Below are positions 19,718-29,125 of a DNA stretch of 64,000 nucleotides, one piece after another (the stretch's first letter is position 1; every line of letters starts with the position of its first letter). The position numbers and the translations under genes were made by a program. The stretch is taken from the sequence record OZ196593.1; one strand, written 5' to 3'. The notes beneath the pieces are model-generated. The model did no database searches, had not been told where the DNA came from, and saw only the letters and a list, made by a program, of their open reading frames with translations.

Positions 19718-21241
19718 ATGAGCGACATTAAAATTGAGTATTTCGACGAAAGTTATGTGCGAATCGTTGCCGAGCCGAGCATAATGCATGAAATGATAGA
19801 TTACTTTTCATTTCTAACCGACGGATACAAATTCAACCCTAAATTCAAAATGGGTATTTGGGATGGTAAAATTCGACTAATGACTTATCAAGGTCATTTG
19901 CCATACGGCTTAGTCGGACAAGCGCGTGCATTCGCATCTAACATGATGTACAGCATCGAATCAGATGAACGCCTTGAGCCAAAACAGAAGATTACACGTG
20001 AAGACTTCGACGCGTGGATTGCTTCACTAGACATTTACGCAGGTGACACGAAAATTGAACCATACTGGTATCAGTTAGACTCAGTTTTTCATGGCATCAA
20101 CAATCAGCACGCGTTGCTTAATCTTCCAACATCAGCGGGTAAATCATTGATTCAGTCTTTGATCACTCGATGGTTCTTAGAGAACATGGAAGAAGATCAG
20201 AAAGTTCTAGTTATCGTTCCGACGACTGCACTAGTTCAGCAAATGCGCGATGACTTCTTAGACTATCGATTGTTCTCTCACGAAGACATCTATCAGATTC
20301 GTGGTGGCGTTGATAGAGACGCGATTGGTAACGCAAGCATTGTTGTTTCAACGTGGCAATCGGCAGTTAAACAGCCTAAAGAATGGTTCGACCAATTCGG
20401 AATGCTGCTAGTCGATGAGTGTCACTTAGCAACGGGTAAATCGCTTGACGGCATAATCAAGAAGATGACTTACTGTACGTTCAAGCTAGGTCTTACTGGC
20501 TCGTTACGTGACGGTAAAGCAAACGTATTGCAGTACGTTGGTTCATTCGGTGACATCTTCAGACCAGTTTCTACAGCACAGCTAATGGAAGAGGGTCAAG
20601 TAACAGACTTGAAAATCAACTGTCTAATGCTTGAGTACCCACAGCCGCTGCGCGATGAAATGAAAGGTTGTTCGTATCAAGAAGAAATGAAATTCATTCT
20701 TGAGAACAAGCACCGAAATCGATACTTGATTAAGCTTGCTTACAATCTGAGTGCGAAGAAAGGCGAAAACACGCTGCTATTGTTCAAGAACATCAAGCAT
20801 GGTAAGTTGCTGTACGAAGCGTTGAAAACTATCTACGACCCAGAGAAAGTGTTTTACGTATCTGGTGAGACGAAGACAGATGACCGTACACACGTCAAGA
20901 AGATTGCTGAAGACATCGATGGTGCTATCATCGTCGCGTCATACGGCGTATTCTCGACTGGTATCTCAATCAAGAAACTGCACAACGTTATCTTTGCACA
21001 TCCAACGAAGTCAAAGATCATCAACTTGCAGTCAATCGGTCGTATTCTGCGTAAGCACGGTTCAAAAGTGACTGCGAAGCTGTTCGATATCATCGACAAC
21101 TTAGCTATCAAGCCGAAGCGCAAGAATGCGAAGAAGCCGTATACTCACGTTAACTATACCATGAAGCATGGGATGGCGAGAATCGAGCTGTACAATCAAG
21201 AAGAGTTCAGATACGCAGTGCGTAAAGTTGACTTAGAATAG
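19718..21241 (+). CDS. uvsW: UvsW SF2 helicase
   Basis: LPTSAGKS, VDECH, TGSLRDGK, QSIGRILRK; start placed at ATG 19718. Confidence 0.96.
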   Translation: MSDIKIEYFDESYVRIVAEPSIMHEMIDYFSFLTDGYKFNPKFKMGIWDGKIRLMTYQGHLPYGLVGQARAFASNMMYSIESDERLEPKQKITREDFDAWIASLDIYAGDTKIEPYWYQLDSVFHGINNQHALLNLPTSAGKSLIQSLITRWFLENMEEDQKVLVIVPTTALVQQMRDDFLDYRLFSHEDIYQIRGGVDRDAIGNASIVVSTWQSAVKQPKEWFDQFGMLLVDECHLATGKSLDGIIKKMTYCTFKLGLTGSLRDGKANVLQYVGSFGDIFRPVSTAQLMEEGQVTDLKINCLMLEYPQPLRDEMKGCSYQEEMKFILENKHRNRYLIKLAYNLSAKKGENTLLLFKNIKHGKLLYEALKTIYDPEKVFYVSGETKTDDRTHVKKIAEDIDGAIIVASYGVFSTGISIKKLHNVIFAHPTKSKIINLQSIGRILRKHGSKVTAKLFDIIDNLAIKPKRKNAKKPYTHVNYTMKHGMARIELYNQEEFRYAVRKVDLE

Positions 21242-21246
21242 ACCTC

Positions 21247-21274
21247 AAAAAGGGAGCATTTAGCTCCCTTTTTT
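21247..21274. terminator. Bidirectional terminator
   Basis: AAAAAGGGAGC-ATTTA-GCTCCCTTTTTT. Confidence 0.88.
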
Positions 21275-21275
21275 A

Positions 21276-21383
21276 TTAGTCGAATAAACCACCGAGAATC
21301 GCGAATAAAATTTCGAAAAAAATCTCAAATGGGTACCACAGCCATCCGAAGAAGCCGCGGTCTTTCTTATTGCGATTGCTCAT
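21276..21383 (-). CDS. 35-aa hydrophobic peptide (not in ORF track)
   Basis: MSNRNKKDRGFFGWLWYPFEIFFEILFAILGGLFD, translated by hand. Confidence 0.5.
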   Translation of the reverse strand: MSNRNKKDRGFFGWLWYPFEIFFEILFAILGGLFD

Positions 21384-21388
21384 ATCAT

Positions 21389-21559
21389 TTACCCGTTAAG
21401 TAATTGCGTTTCTTGCAATTGCTGTTCACCGTTAGACTCAGTAACCGCCATTTCAGATAAATGCTTTTGACATTGACCTGTATGAACTACACCCTGAGGT
21501 GTATTGATTGTTACGTCACCATCATTAATCGGTTGTTTGCACACTACACACTGTGTCAT
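21389..21559 (-). CDS. uvsY.-2: UvsY.-2 homologue (56 aa, not in ORF track)
   Basis: MTQCVVCKQPI...TPQGVVHTGQC...ESNGEQQLQETQLL resembles T4 UvsY.-2. Confidence 0.8.
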   Translation of the reverse strand: MTQCVVCKQPINDGDVTINTPQGVVHTGQCQKHLSEMAVTESNGEQQLQETQLLNG

Positions 21560-21725
21560 TGACAAGTTCCTGTTTAATCATTGGTTGAAAGAAGTGAGAC
21601 GGGTTGCTATACGCACTACCCGCTAATTCCCACTGGTCGTTAAGCAATGCAGACACTTTTTCATCGAGTGATTCGAGATTGTGGTGCATTACTGTTTTGT
21701 ATTTGTATTTAATGTCGAGAATCAT
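21525..21725 (-). CDS. Small hypothetical protein
   Basis: 66 aa ORF in uvsY operon. Confidence 0.55.
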   Translation of the reverse strand: MILDIKYKYKTVMHHNLESLDEKVSALLNDQWELAGSAYSNPSHFFQPMIKQELVNDTVCSVQTTD

Positions 21726-22139
21726 CTACATGCCTATTGCGTTTTTAAACATAGCAGAAGCACGACCCATATCAACCACTTTACCAGTAGCTTGCAGAGC
21801 TGTACGAAGTTGACCCATGAAGCGCATGTGATTTGCACCGTTATTGATAACAAATTCAGTCACGAAAGCTTCTAGTTCGTGTTCACCCATGCGTTCAGGT
21901 AGCAGCAACTCAAGTGTTTTGTTTTCAATCACAAGAATGTCAGCATGGTCGCCTTTGGCGTGCTCAAGTGCTAGTTTGTTGTTATCAAGCGCAGTCGAAA
22001 TCACTTTGATACATGCTTCGTCAGAATGATCTTGTTTACGGTCAAGTTCTGCGATAATCACAGCTAGGACAGATGCTACAGGTGCGATGCGTTTCTTACG
22101 TGCTTTAAGGCGACGTTCTTTAATTTTGTCAATAATCAT
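21726..22139 (-). CDS. GatB/YqeY-like protein
   Basis: IKERRLKARK..VLAVIIAE.., ELLLPERMGEHEL, MGQL, VDMGRAS pattern. Confidence 0.7.
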   Translation of the reverse strand: MIIDKIKERRLKARKKRIAPVASVLAVIIAELDRKQDHSDEACIKVISTALDNNKLALEHAKGDHADILVIENKTLELLLPERMGEHELEAFVTEFVINNGANHMRFMGQLRTALQATGKVVDMGRASAMFKNAIGM

Positions 22140-22549
22140 ACTATTCCACTCTCAATTTTTCTATTATCAATTACATGTTTAATCGTGAAGCCCATTTGAC
22201 TAATGCCTTTCAGTGCTTCTTCGATATACGATAACACATCTTTCATGTGTTGAAAAGTAGCAGTTGCAAGTTGTAGTAACTCATCACCCGCCAATGCGTA
22301 TTTCATTTCACTTTTCTCAACGATAAAGTCACAAACTTCATCATCATGCTTGCCGCTGTAATATAACCAACGGTCTTTGCGACACTTTTCCATTTTAAGT
22401 TCGGCTTTAAGCAGCATTTGGCGTGCGTCTGCGCGATACCCTAACCATTTAGAGTGCAACACGGGAATTCGTATTGCTGCTGATTCAAGCATGGTCGTGT
22501 CGATTTTCACGTCTTCGTGATACTCGGCTTTCAATTGTTTTAAGTTCAT
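22136..22549 (-). CDS. uvsY: Recombination mediator UvsY
   Basis: EDVKIDTTMLE...IPVLHSKWL...YYSG...GFTIKHVIDNRKIESG. Confidence 0.92.
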   Translation of the reverse strand: MNLKQLKAEYHEDVKIDTTMLESAAIRIPVLHSKWLGYRADARQMLLKAELKMEKCRKDRWLYYSGKHDDEVCDFIVEKSEMKYALAGDELLQLATATFQHMKDVLSYIEEALKGISQMGFTIKHVIDNRKIESGIV

Positions 22550-22567
22550 ATGTCCCTCGCTTCGATC

Positions 22568-22598
22568 ATTATATATACGCATCGGGTTTTGTTAAACA
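22568..22598 (-). promoter_or_regulatory. TGTTTAAC-N17-TATAAT promoter (uvsY)
   Basis: Motif recurs four times at fixed spacing. Confidence 0.75.
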
Positions 22599-22670
22599 CG
22601 AATACCCCGAATATTCCTAAGAACTCTAATATCACTAAGATGAGACGGTTTTTTTCCGCTTCGCGCCTAC

Positions 22671-22692
22671 AAAAAAAGCCCCGAAGGGCTTT
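22671..22692 (-). terminator. Terminator after gp35
   Basis: AAAGCCC-TTCG-GGGCTTTTTTT on minus strand. Confidence 0.85.
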
Positions 22693-22694
22693 AA

Positions 22695-25367
22695 TCATTT
22701 AAGTGCTACGTCAACTGCTCGTACATTGTTTTCAAAGAAGCTTGCTACTTTGACTTCAGATGCGATTGGCATACACCATTGTGTTGTGCTAGGACTCGCT
22801 GACCCTTCATCGCGACAACGAAGCATCAATATTGATGAATCACTTTTCCACTGGAAGAACTTTCTCATCGACGAGTTGTAAACACCGACGCCTTTAGAAA
22901 CCAATTTATCTGGTACATCTTCAGGGTTGACAACGCCAAAGTAGTTTCTGAATTTATCAGCAAATTCTTCGACTTGTTGTTGTGTCCAGTGATGTGGTAG
23001 TATGAATGAATCATACAAAACCCAATCATCGTTGATGTCATCCCATTGACCGTTATCTAACGCGATGTAAGTTGATGTCTCAGTTCCCGTGTAGTCAATA
23101 AGCGTATCTTGTATCCCGCTTGTGTTTCTCACACGTGCGCTGAAGTAGATATGACCGGCATCTTTACCAGATGCTTGAGCCCACATTGACACGTAATACG
23201 GTCTAGTCGGATCGATTGTCACGTAATCAAACTCAATTACGTCTTGAGTTCCCGATGACACTGTGATCATCTTCGATCTGTCAGATAACGTATGACCGCC
23301 CCATTGAACATCGCCTGCTTCTTTGATTGGCATTTCATATTCGTCATACAGATTTGAGTCTGAACGATAAGCTGAAATCCAACTATCTTGATCCATCGGA
23401 TCACCTGCAATAGGCGAATGTGCGAATCGAGAAGCAGCTAGACCGTTCAGTGACGATTGAACTGGTGCATCAAAATTAGGTGTTTCGAATCCCGCTTTAT
23501 ACACTTGAATGTAATCAACGTGGTCGTCAGATTCGATATCAGTCCATATTCCGATTGTGTGTGCGCCCGCTGGAACTTGAACATAAAATTCATGCGTTTC
23601 ATACATACCACCACCGAGTAATGGGCCGTTTTGTCGTCCGACTTCAGTATTCGTTGAGTTGTAAAATCGCAGATTGAACGTTGCTGCCGCGTCGTCATTG
23701 TCTTGTTTAGCACGGAATTTGTATATCAGATATTGCCCCTCAACAACGCCATGATCGCCTAACACGAATCGAGTGTCCGCAATCTTGTTCGTTGTCTCTA
23801 CAATAGGGCTACCGAATCCATTCACGCCAATTGTCAATCGAGATTCAAAGTTCACATCGATTTCAGCATCGCCATCACTCGGGTGGTCGAAAATGCATCG
23901 GTCTGAAATGAAACCAAGTTGAGCACTACCAAAACCCGTATAGCTGTAGCTATACTTGTCAAAGTAACTCGCACCGCGCCATTCTACCGGATTAAAGCGA
24001 CTCAGAGCAGCGTCAACGTCTGCATTTGAATAACATGACCCATTAGACACTAAAGCGAAATACTCGTCTGTGAGCGCGTTCATCGCGTTTATGAAGTTGC
24101 CGCGTTCAGCCGTGTTGTTCAAGCGATACGAGTTGTTGATTGCAGGTTCGCCTTCTGCGGTAAACGTAAACAAGTGCATTTTGCCTGTTTCTTTCGCTTC
24201 TGGGGCGAGTAAGTGCGATTCATTGATCACGCCTTCTGCAATTTCAGAACTGCCGTCAGCGACACCACGAGCATATAAACGAAGTGTGTTCGATGCACCC
24301 TCATTTAAGTGACGCGTTTCAAGACAGTTTTCCGCGATGCGAATGCCGACGGGTGCGTATACCCACAGCTCAGTGATGTTAACGTCAACACCGGGACCGG
24401 GTTGACCACTGCCGTTTGCTCGTTGAGCGCCAATAACAAACCACCAACTAGTTGAATCGACTGATCCATCACCGATTGATTGCGTGCCTGTGTTGTATTC
24501 AAGACCGCCCCATGTGCCGTATGTTGAATCTTCGCGAATTGCTTCGTAATCACGCACGCCGCCTGTATCAGCATCATAATCACCAGGGTAGTTCTTGATG
24601 ATCGGTCTGTCAGTGATGATCGGGTTCGCAATATACTGTTTGCCAGTTGGAGTTGGAGCACCAGAGCCGTATGTCAAGTACCAAAACATATTCCCTGAAT
24701 TCAGTGTATTTGGCATAGTGATACGATAGTATCTACGAACCCAACGCATTCCGTCTACTATGATGTCATTACCTGACGTTTCGAACGCATCACCATCAGT
24801 CGCAGGGGTTGAAATACCTGTTCCTGACCCGTCATACCAACGAGCATGAAACAGAGGAACACCGAGATCGTGATCGCTTTCATTCTCATACGCAACCCAA
24901 CACGACAATGTATACGTCGTATTTGGTCGTAAACGAGATTGCGGCGTGTCAAAACGATATTGATTCGTCGCGCCCGTACTACTGCGTTGTAGAATGTAAT
25001 TCGATGAACCGGGATTCGCCATTTCGACGATATCCCATGTTCCGACTATGTTGCCAACGTTCTCTGGTTGAGAGCCGTTAGCAAAGTTAGTGCCGCGCAG
25101 AAATTGACCAACGTCATGCGCAGCAAAGTTATTAGATTGACGCCAGATGTTCGTGACGTTTCTCTCAGGGTAGTGTAATTTGAACTGAAAACGTCCATCT
25201 TCACGACGAAAGTCATCAAGCCCATTTAGCGCACTGAATTTAGCTTCAATGTCGGGATCAGTCCCGACACTACGCGATTCAGCGTCTGAAGTAAACCAGA
25301 CGCCTCCAGTTGAATCATGGCGAAAAATCAGAAGATAATCGCCATCACGTTTAAGTCTTTCGTACAT
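22695..25367 (-). CDS. gp35: Long tail fibre hinge connector with N-terminal extension
   Basis: Follows gp34; GKMHLFTF..GNFINAMNALTDEYFALVSNG resembles T4 gp35 GLHLRVF..FVSFMNSLTNNRIVAILTSG. Confidence 0.7.
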   Translation of the reverse strand: MYERLKRDGDYLLIFRHDSTGGVWFTSDAESRSVGTDPDIEAKFSALNGLDDFRREDGRFQFKLHYPERNVTNIWRQSNNFAAHDVGQFLRGTNFANGSQPENVGNIVGTWDIVEMANPGSSNYILQRSSTGATNQYRFDTPQSRLRPNTTYTLSCWVAYENESDHDLGVPLFHARWYDGSGTGISTPATDGDAFETSGNDIIVDGMRWVRRYYRITMPNTLNSGNMFWYLTYGSGAPTPTGKQYIANPIITDRPIIKNYPGDYDADTGGVRDYEAIREDSTYGTWGGLEYNTGTQSIGDGSVDSTSWWFVIGAQRANGSGQPGPGVDVNITELWVYAPVGIRIAENCLETRHLNEGASNTLRLYARGVADGSSEIAEGVINESHLLAPEAKETGKMHLFTFTAEGEPAINNSYRLNNTAERGNFINAMNALTDEYFALVSNGSCYSNADVDAALSRFNPVEWRGASYFDKYSYSYTGFGSAQLGFISDRCIFDHPSDGDAEIDVNFESRLTIGVNGFGSPIVETTNKIADTRFVLGDHGVVEGQYLIYKFRAKQDNDDAAATFNLRFYNSTNTEVGRQNGPLLGGGMYETHEFYVQVPAGAHTIGIWTDIESDDHVDYIQVYKAGFETPNFDAPVQSSLNGLAASRFAHSPIAGDPMDQDSWISAYRSDSNLYDEYEMPIKEAGDVQWGGHTLSDRSKMITVSSGTQDVIEFDYVTIDPTRPYYVSMWAQASGKDAGHIYFSARVRNTSGIQDTLIDYTGTETSTYIALDNGQWDDINDDWVLYDSFILPHHWTQQQVEEFADKFRNYFGVVNPEDVPDKLVSKGVGVYNSSMRKFFQWKSDSSILMLRCRDEGSASPSTTQWCMPIASEVKVASFFENNVRAVDVALK

Positions 25368-25375
25368 AAGTCACC

Positions 25376-28300
25376 TTAAATTGCGTGACCGAAAGTAAAT
25401 TCCATCACGCCTTGATTAGTCGTTGACATTCTAACAGAGCCAACTTGAATGTAGTCTCTGTATTTAACACTCTCACCAGTACCGCCATCAGGCGTGAACA
25501 AGTCGATTCGTTCAGATAGAGTTTTACCTGCACCTGCTGACAACGCAGTATGTTCCGCTGAAGTTGAGCTTGGGTCTGAAGTACGCACGTCGCTTGTTAC
25601 TTGTACGATACCTTTGTTTGTGCGACTTGCTTTATTCAAGCGGTCGTTGCTCACAGTACCAGACGTGATGTTCTCACCCGAGTGTGCGTGACTGTTGTTG
25701 TTCACTTGCACGCTTGCTGTAACATTGCTGCTACCGTCGAAGCTAACTGAACCAGTCAAATCACCGCTGAACGTAACCGTACGAGCAGTTTCCCACTTCG
25801 CAGCCGTCGCAGCCATGTTGTCAATGCCCAAGTATTTCGTACGTAGTGTACCAGTACCCGGTGAACGACCATTTGCAGAGCTTTCGTTCTCAGTAATTGA
25901 TGAACCGAACATACCTGCACCGTCAACTTCAAGACCACCGTACACGTTAGTGTAGCCGTTTCGTGCTACTTTAAACTGCCAGTTGTTTTCAACATCAGTA
26001 AAACCGATATCACCTGACTGATAGTAAATCTCACGTGTGCTGTTGCTGTCCGTTGTATCTTTGAACTCAATACGCGGGTTAGCACCTTGAATCTTGATTT
26101 CATTATCAGTGAACGTGTAAACACCGCCGATTGTGTCGTCAGTATCTGAGCGTGCAAATTGCGTGCTGTTCAAGCCGTCTAGCAATTCTGAATCATCAGC
26201 TTTTGCGTTCAATGGCAAGTAGTTTTGCAATGCATAGTGCAAGCCGTATGGGCTTACTGCATATTGATGACGATCATATGCTGTGTACGCTTGTGATGAA
26301 CCGTTAGTGCTATCACCGACGAACGTTTCACTTGCAGTCGCGCTTCGAGTTGTACCGTAGCGTGATTCACTTGAGCGTGAGTTTGCCGCAGTGCGTGTCC
26401 AGTAAGTCAAGTCACTTGGCGTTAACACGATTTCATTTGACGCTGAACCGCTAGCCACTTCAGTTGAAGTTGCAAGGCGAACGATACCAGCCAAAGATTC
26501 AGTCGCACGACGCGAGTTCAGTTTCTTCGGTGTTAGCATTACAGTATCAAGTGGACTCGACTGGCTATCAGCTTCAGCTTGCGTTGCAACTTGCAGCGTA
26601 CCGCGTTGTGTTTCAGTCGCAGATGCGATTGAGAACGTTACATCGTCCCAAATTGTACCCGTATGCGATAAACCGTCTGTTCCTGCTGTAACGAAGTGAT
26701 CACGGTCAAGCCATGTCTTCAGTTTAAGAGGGACGATCATTCGTGTACTATCAGTACCAGTATCAACTTCAGTCTGAGTTGCGATTTCAGCAACACCGCG
26801 ACGCGATTCTGTAGCAGTACGGTCGTTTAGTGTGCTTGGCGTAATGAATACGCGATCCCATGCTTCGCCTGAACCCGATGTCGCTCTAGCTTCAGCTAGT
26901 GTAGCAACGCGAGAGATACCACGAATTGTTGAACTTGCTGTCCACGCTGCTAATTTCTTAGGCGTGATGATAGCGTCATCAACTTGAGAGTCGTTAATAC
27001 GAAGCTCAGTGCTCTTAGCAACCCATAGTGTACCCGGTTGATCTTCAGTCGCACGATACTCATCAAGCATTTTCGCTGTTACGAAACGAAGATGATCAGT
27101 TTTATCGTAAACTGTGTTGTCAGTGCCATTTAATGTACGGTCTGAACGCATGTTTGCAGTCGAATCGACTGTACCATCAGCATTGATGTTGTCAGACGCT
27201 TTTACAAGTTTACCAACACCCGTTAGATCTTCTTCAGCTTGAGCAGCGTGGAATTTACGTGGCGTGATTACCTGTGTGTCGTTAGACGTACTACGAGTTT
27301 CGCTTTGCGTTGCGATTTCAACAACACCGCGACGATTTTCAAGAGCTGTACGCGCATTGAATGAGCGAGGCGTAATGAAAATATCATGACGGAACGCTGA
27401 ATCAGCATAGCGGCTTGATTCTGCACCACCGACGATAACACGCGACATTTCAAGTGCTTCATCAGTTGTCAATAGAGCTACACGAGCGATACCGACTTGA
27501 TCTTCTGCTGCACGACGAGCGTCTAGCGTTTCAACTGTGATCACGTGATCTTTCAGTGGGTTTTGATTCGCCCATGAATCGCCAGTATCTTCAGCGTGCG
27601 CGTAGTCGATGCCATGTGCAAGTGCTTCAGTTGGTGATGCTAGTTTAGCAAGACCCGGACGCTTACGGTGATTCTCATCAACGATATCGACACGAGACGA
27701 GATATCAGCAAAATCCCACACTTTGCGAGTTGCATCGTAGAACAAGATGAATGAGTAACCGCGATCTTCGTCATTGATAGTAAAGCTATCATTGAACGTA
27801 TCTACAGTCGCTGCGAATTCACTGTACTTAACCATTCTGTATTCGTCAAGCGAACGAACGATTTTGTATTCGTTTGCACCATGACCGACATCATCATCAC
27901 CGAACTGAGGGTGAACTTGAACAGTTACTTCTTTACCCGGTGTTTTAACGTTTGACAACTCAATCCAGTCACCATCAACTGGCGATTGTGGAAGTGTGAT
28001 TGTCATCGCTGCAACGGCATCATTGATGTTCACTTCGTAGCGACGATTCACAATCAATTGAGCTGTGCTAGATTCACCTAGATGCTGCCACGGTTGACCT
28101 TCGTGAGAGATCACGATTACCCATGTGTTGTTATCACCACCGACGTACATCAATTCAGCATGACCGATATTGTCTAGCGTGATTGTTTCAGCACCTACAC
28201 CGCTAATTGGGTGAATGATTTGCTGATCATCAAGCGTCGGGTGAATACCGATTTGAATTCGAGTTTGTGTGATGTTCGTTGAAACGTCGCGCAGACGCAC

Positions 28301-29047
28301 TACATCGCCCGGTACTGCGTGCAGTGGCAATGAGATAGCGATTGTTTTATCAGCCGCTTGAATCGCGATTGTTTCTTCACACGTAGCAACATAACCACCA
28401 TTTGCAAGGTGACCTGATTGCTGGGTCGGGTGAGCTGCGTCAATGTAAGTGTAGTACGGGTCTTGGTCGATTTGATACGTCCATGCAATACCGTTATACA
28501 CGAAATAAACTGTGCTAGACGGGCGATTCATCAACATTGTTTCGTCAGATGTTAGCGCGCCACCGATGCCGTATGATTGAATTGTCAATCCGCCAGCCGC
28601 GGCTACGGTAGTTGGGTACGCTGAAAGTACGCCTTTGCCGTCTTTAATTGTTACTGTATCGCCTGTTAGAGGCGTTTCAGGTAGTGTGATTGTAATCGAC
28701 GAACTTGCCGTCAAGAACAAGAAGTCACCTACGTTAGCACCGATAGACGAATCTACATCTTCCCACTCTGGGTCATTACGCATTTTTTTCCATTTAAGTG
28801 AATTAAACGGTTCTGCGGTAGTGATCGGGATTACGTTTTTGTATAGACGTTGATTGAACTCAACGATGAAATCTTCGTTATAGCGATCACGTGCTGGGTC
28901 ATATTCTTGAACTGTGTTTTCGTCGATGAAGTAACCTAAGTTAAGACCATCTAAGATTTCACCGATACGTGGATTCGCTACGTTTACAACGTTGCTACCA
29001 CTCGCATCAAGACCTGACGCACGAAATGCTTTGCGGAATTCTGACAT
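25376..29047 (-). CDS. gp34: Long tail fibre proximal subunit
   Basis: FRASGLDASGSNVVNVA start; repeated RRGVxEIATQxE/ITPxKL units; divergent from rnh as in T4. Confidence 0.92.
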   Translation of the reverse strand: MSEFRKAFRASGLDASGSNVVNVANPRIGEILDGLNLGYFIDENTVQEYDPARDRYNEDFIVEFNQRLYKNVIPITTAEPFNSLKWKKMRNDPEWEDVDSSIGANVGDFLFLTASSSITITLPETPLTGDTVTIKDGKGVLSAYPTTVAAAGGLTIQSYGIGGALTSDETMLMNRPSSTVYFVYNGIAWTYQIDQDPYYTYIDAAHPTQQSGHLANGGYVATCEETIAIQAADKTIAISLPLHAVPGDVVRLRDVSTNITQTRIQIGIHPTLDDQQIIHPISGVGAETITLDNIGHAELMYVGGDNNTWVIVISHEGQPWQHLGESSTAQLIVNRRYEVNINDAVAAMTITLPQSPVDGDWIELSNVKTPGKEVTVQVHPQFGDDDVGHGANEYKIVRSLDEYRMVKYSEFAATVDTFNDSFTINDEDRGYSFILFYDATRKVWDFADISSRVDIVDENHRKRPGLAKLASPTEALAHGIDYAHAEDTGDSWANQNPLKDHVITVETLDARRAAEDQVGIARVALLTTDEALEMSRVIVGGAESSRYADSAFRHDIFITPRSFNARTALENRRGVVEIATQSETRSTSNDTQVITPRKFHAAQAEEDLTGVGKLVKASDNINADGTVDSTANMRSDRTLNGTDNTVYDKTDHLRFVTAKMLDEYRATEDQPGTLWVAKSTELRINDSQVDDAIITPKKLAAWTASSTIRGISRVATLAEARATSGSGEAWDRVFITPSTLNDRTATESRRGVAEIATQTEVDTGTDSTRMIVPLKLKTWLDRDHFVTAGTDGLSHTGTIWDDVTFSIASATETQRGTLQVATQAEADSQSSPLDTVMLTPKKLNSRRATESLAGIVRLATSTEVASGSASNEIVLTPSDLTYWTRTAANSRSSESRYGTTRSATASETFVGDSTNGSSQAYTAYDRHQYAVSPYGLHYALQNYLPLNAKADDSELLDGLNSTQFARSDTDDTIGGVYTFTDNEIKIQGANPRIEFKDTTDSNSTREIYYQSGDIGFTDVENNWQFKVARNGYTNVYGGLEVDGAGMFGSSITENESSANGRSPGTGTLRTKYLGIDNMAATAAKWETARTVTFSGDLTGSVSFDGSSNVTASVQVNNNSHAHSGENITSGTVSNDRLNKASRTNKGIVQVTSDVRTSDPSSTSAEHTALSAGAGKTLSERIDLFTPDGGTGESVKYRDYIQVGSVRMSTTNQGVMEFTFGHAI

Positions 29048-29087
29048 TTCATTGCTCCTTTGTTTAGATATGCAATTCTTTATAGTA

Positions 29088-29095
29088 TATTTAGA
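29088..29095 (-). promoter_or_regulatory. Late promoter variant TCTAAATA (gp34)
   Basis: Minus strand upstream of gp34. Confidence 0.65.
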
Positions 29096-29125
29096 CTCAC
29101 GATATACACATAGGAACAAACACAC

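Noticed and set aside
25700-27700. Repeats within gp34
   Set aside because: These are the normal RRGxxxxATxxE/ITPxKL shaft repeats of gp34/gp12-type fibres, not a diversity-generating element.
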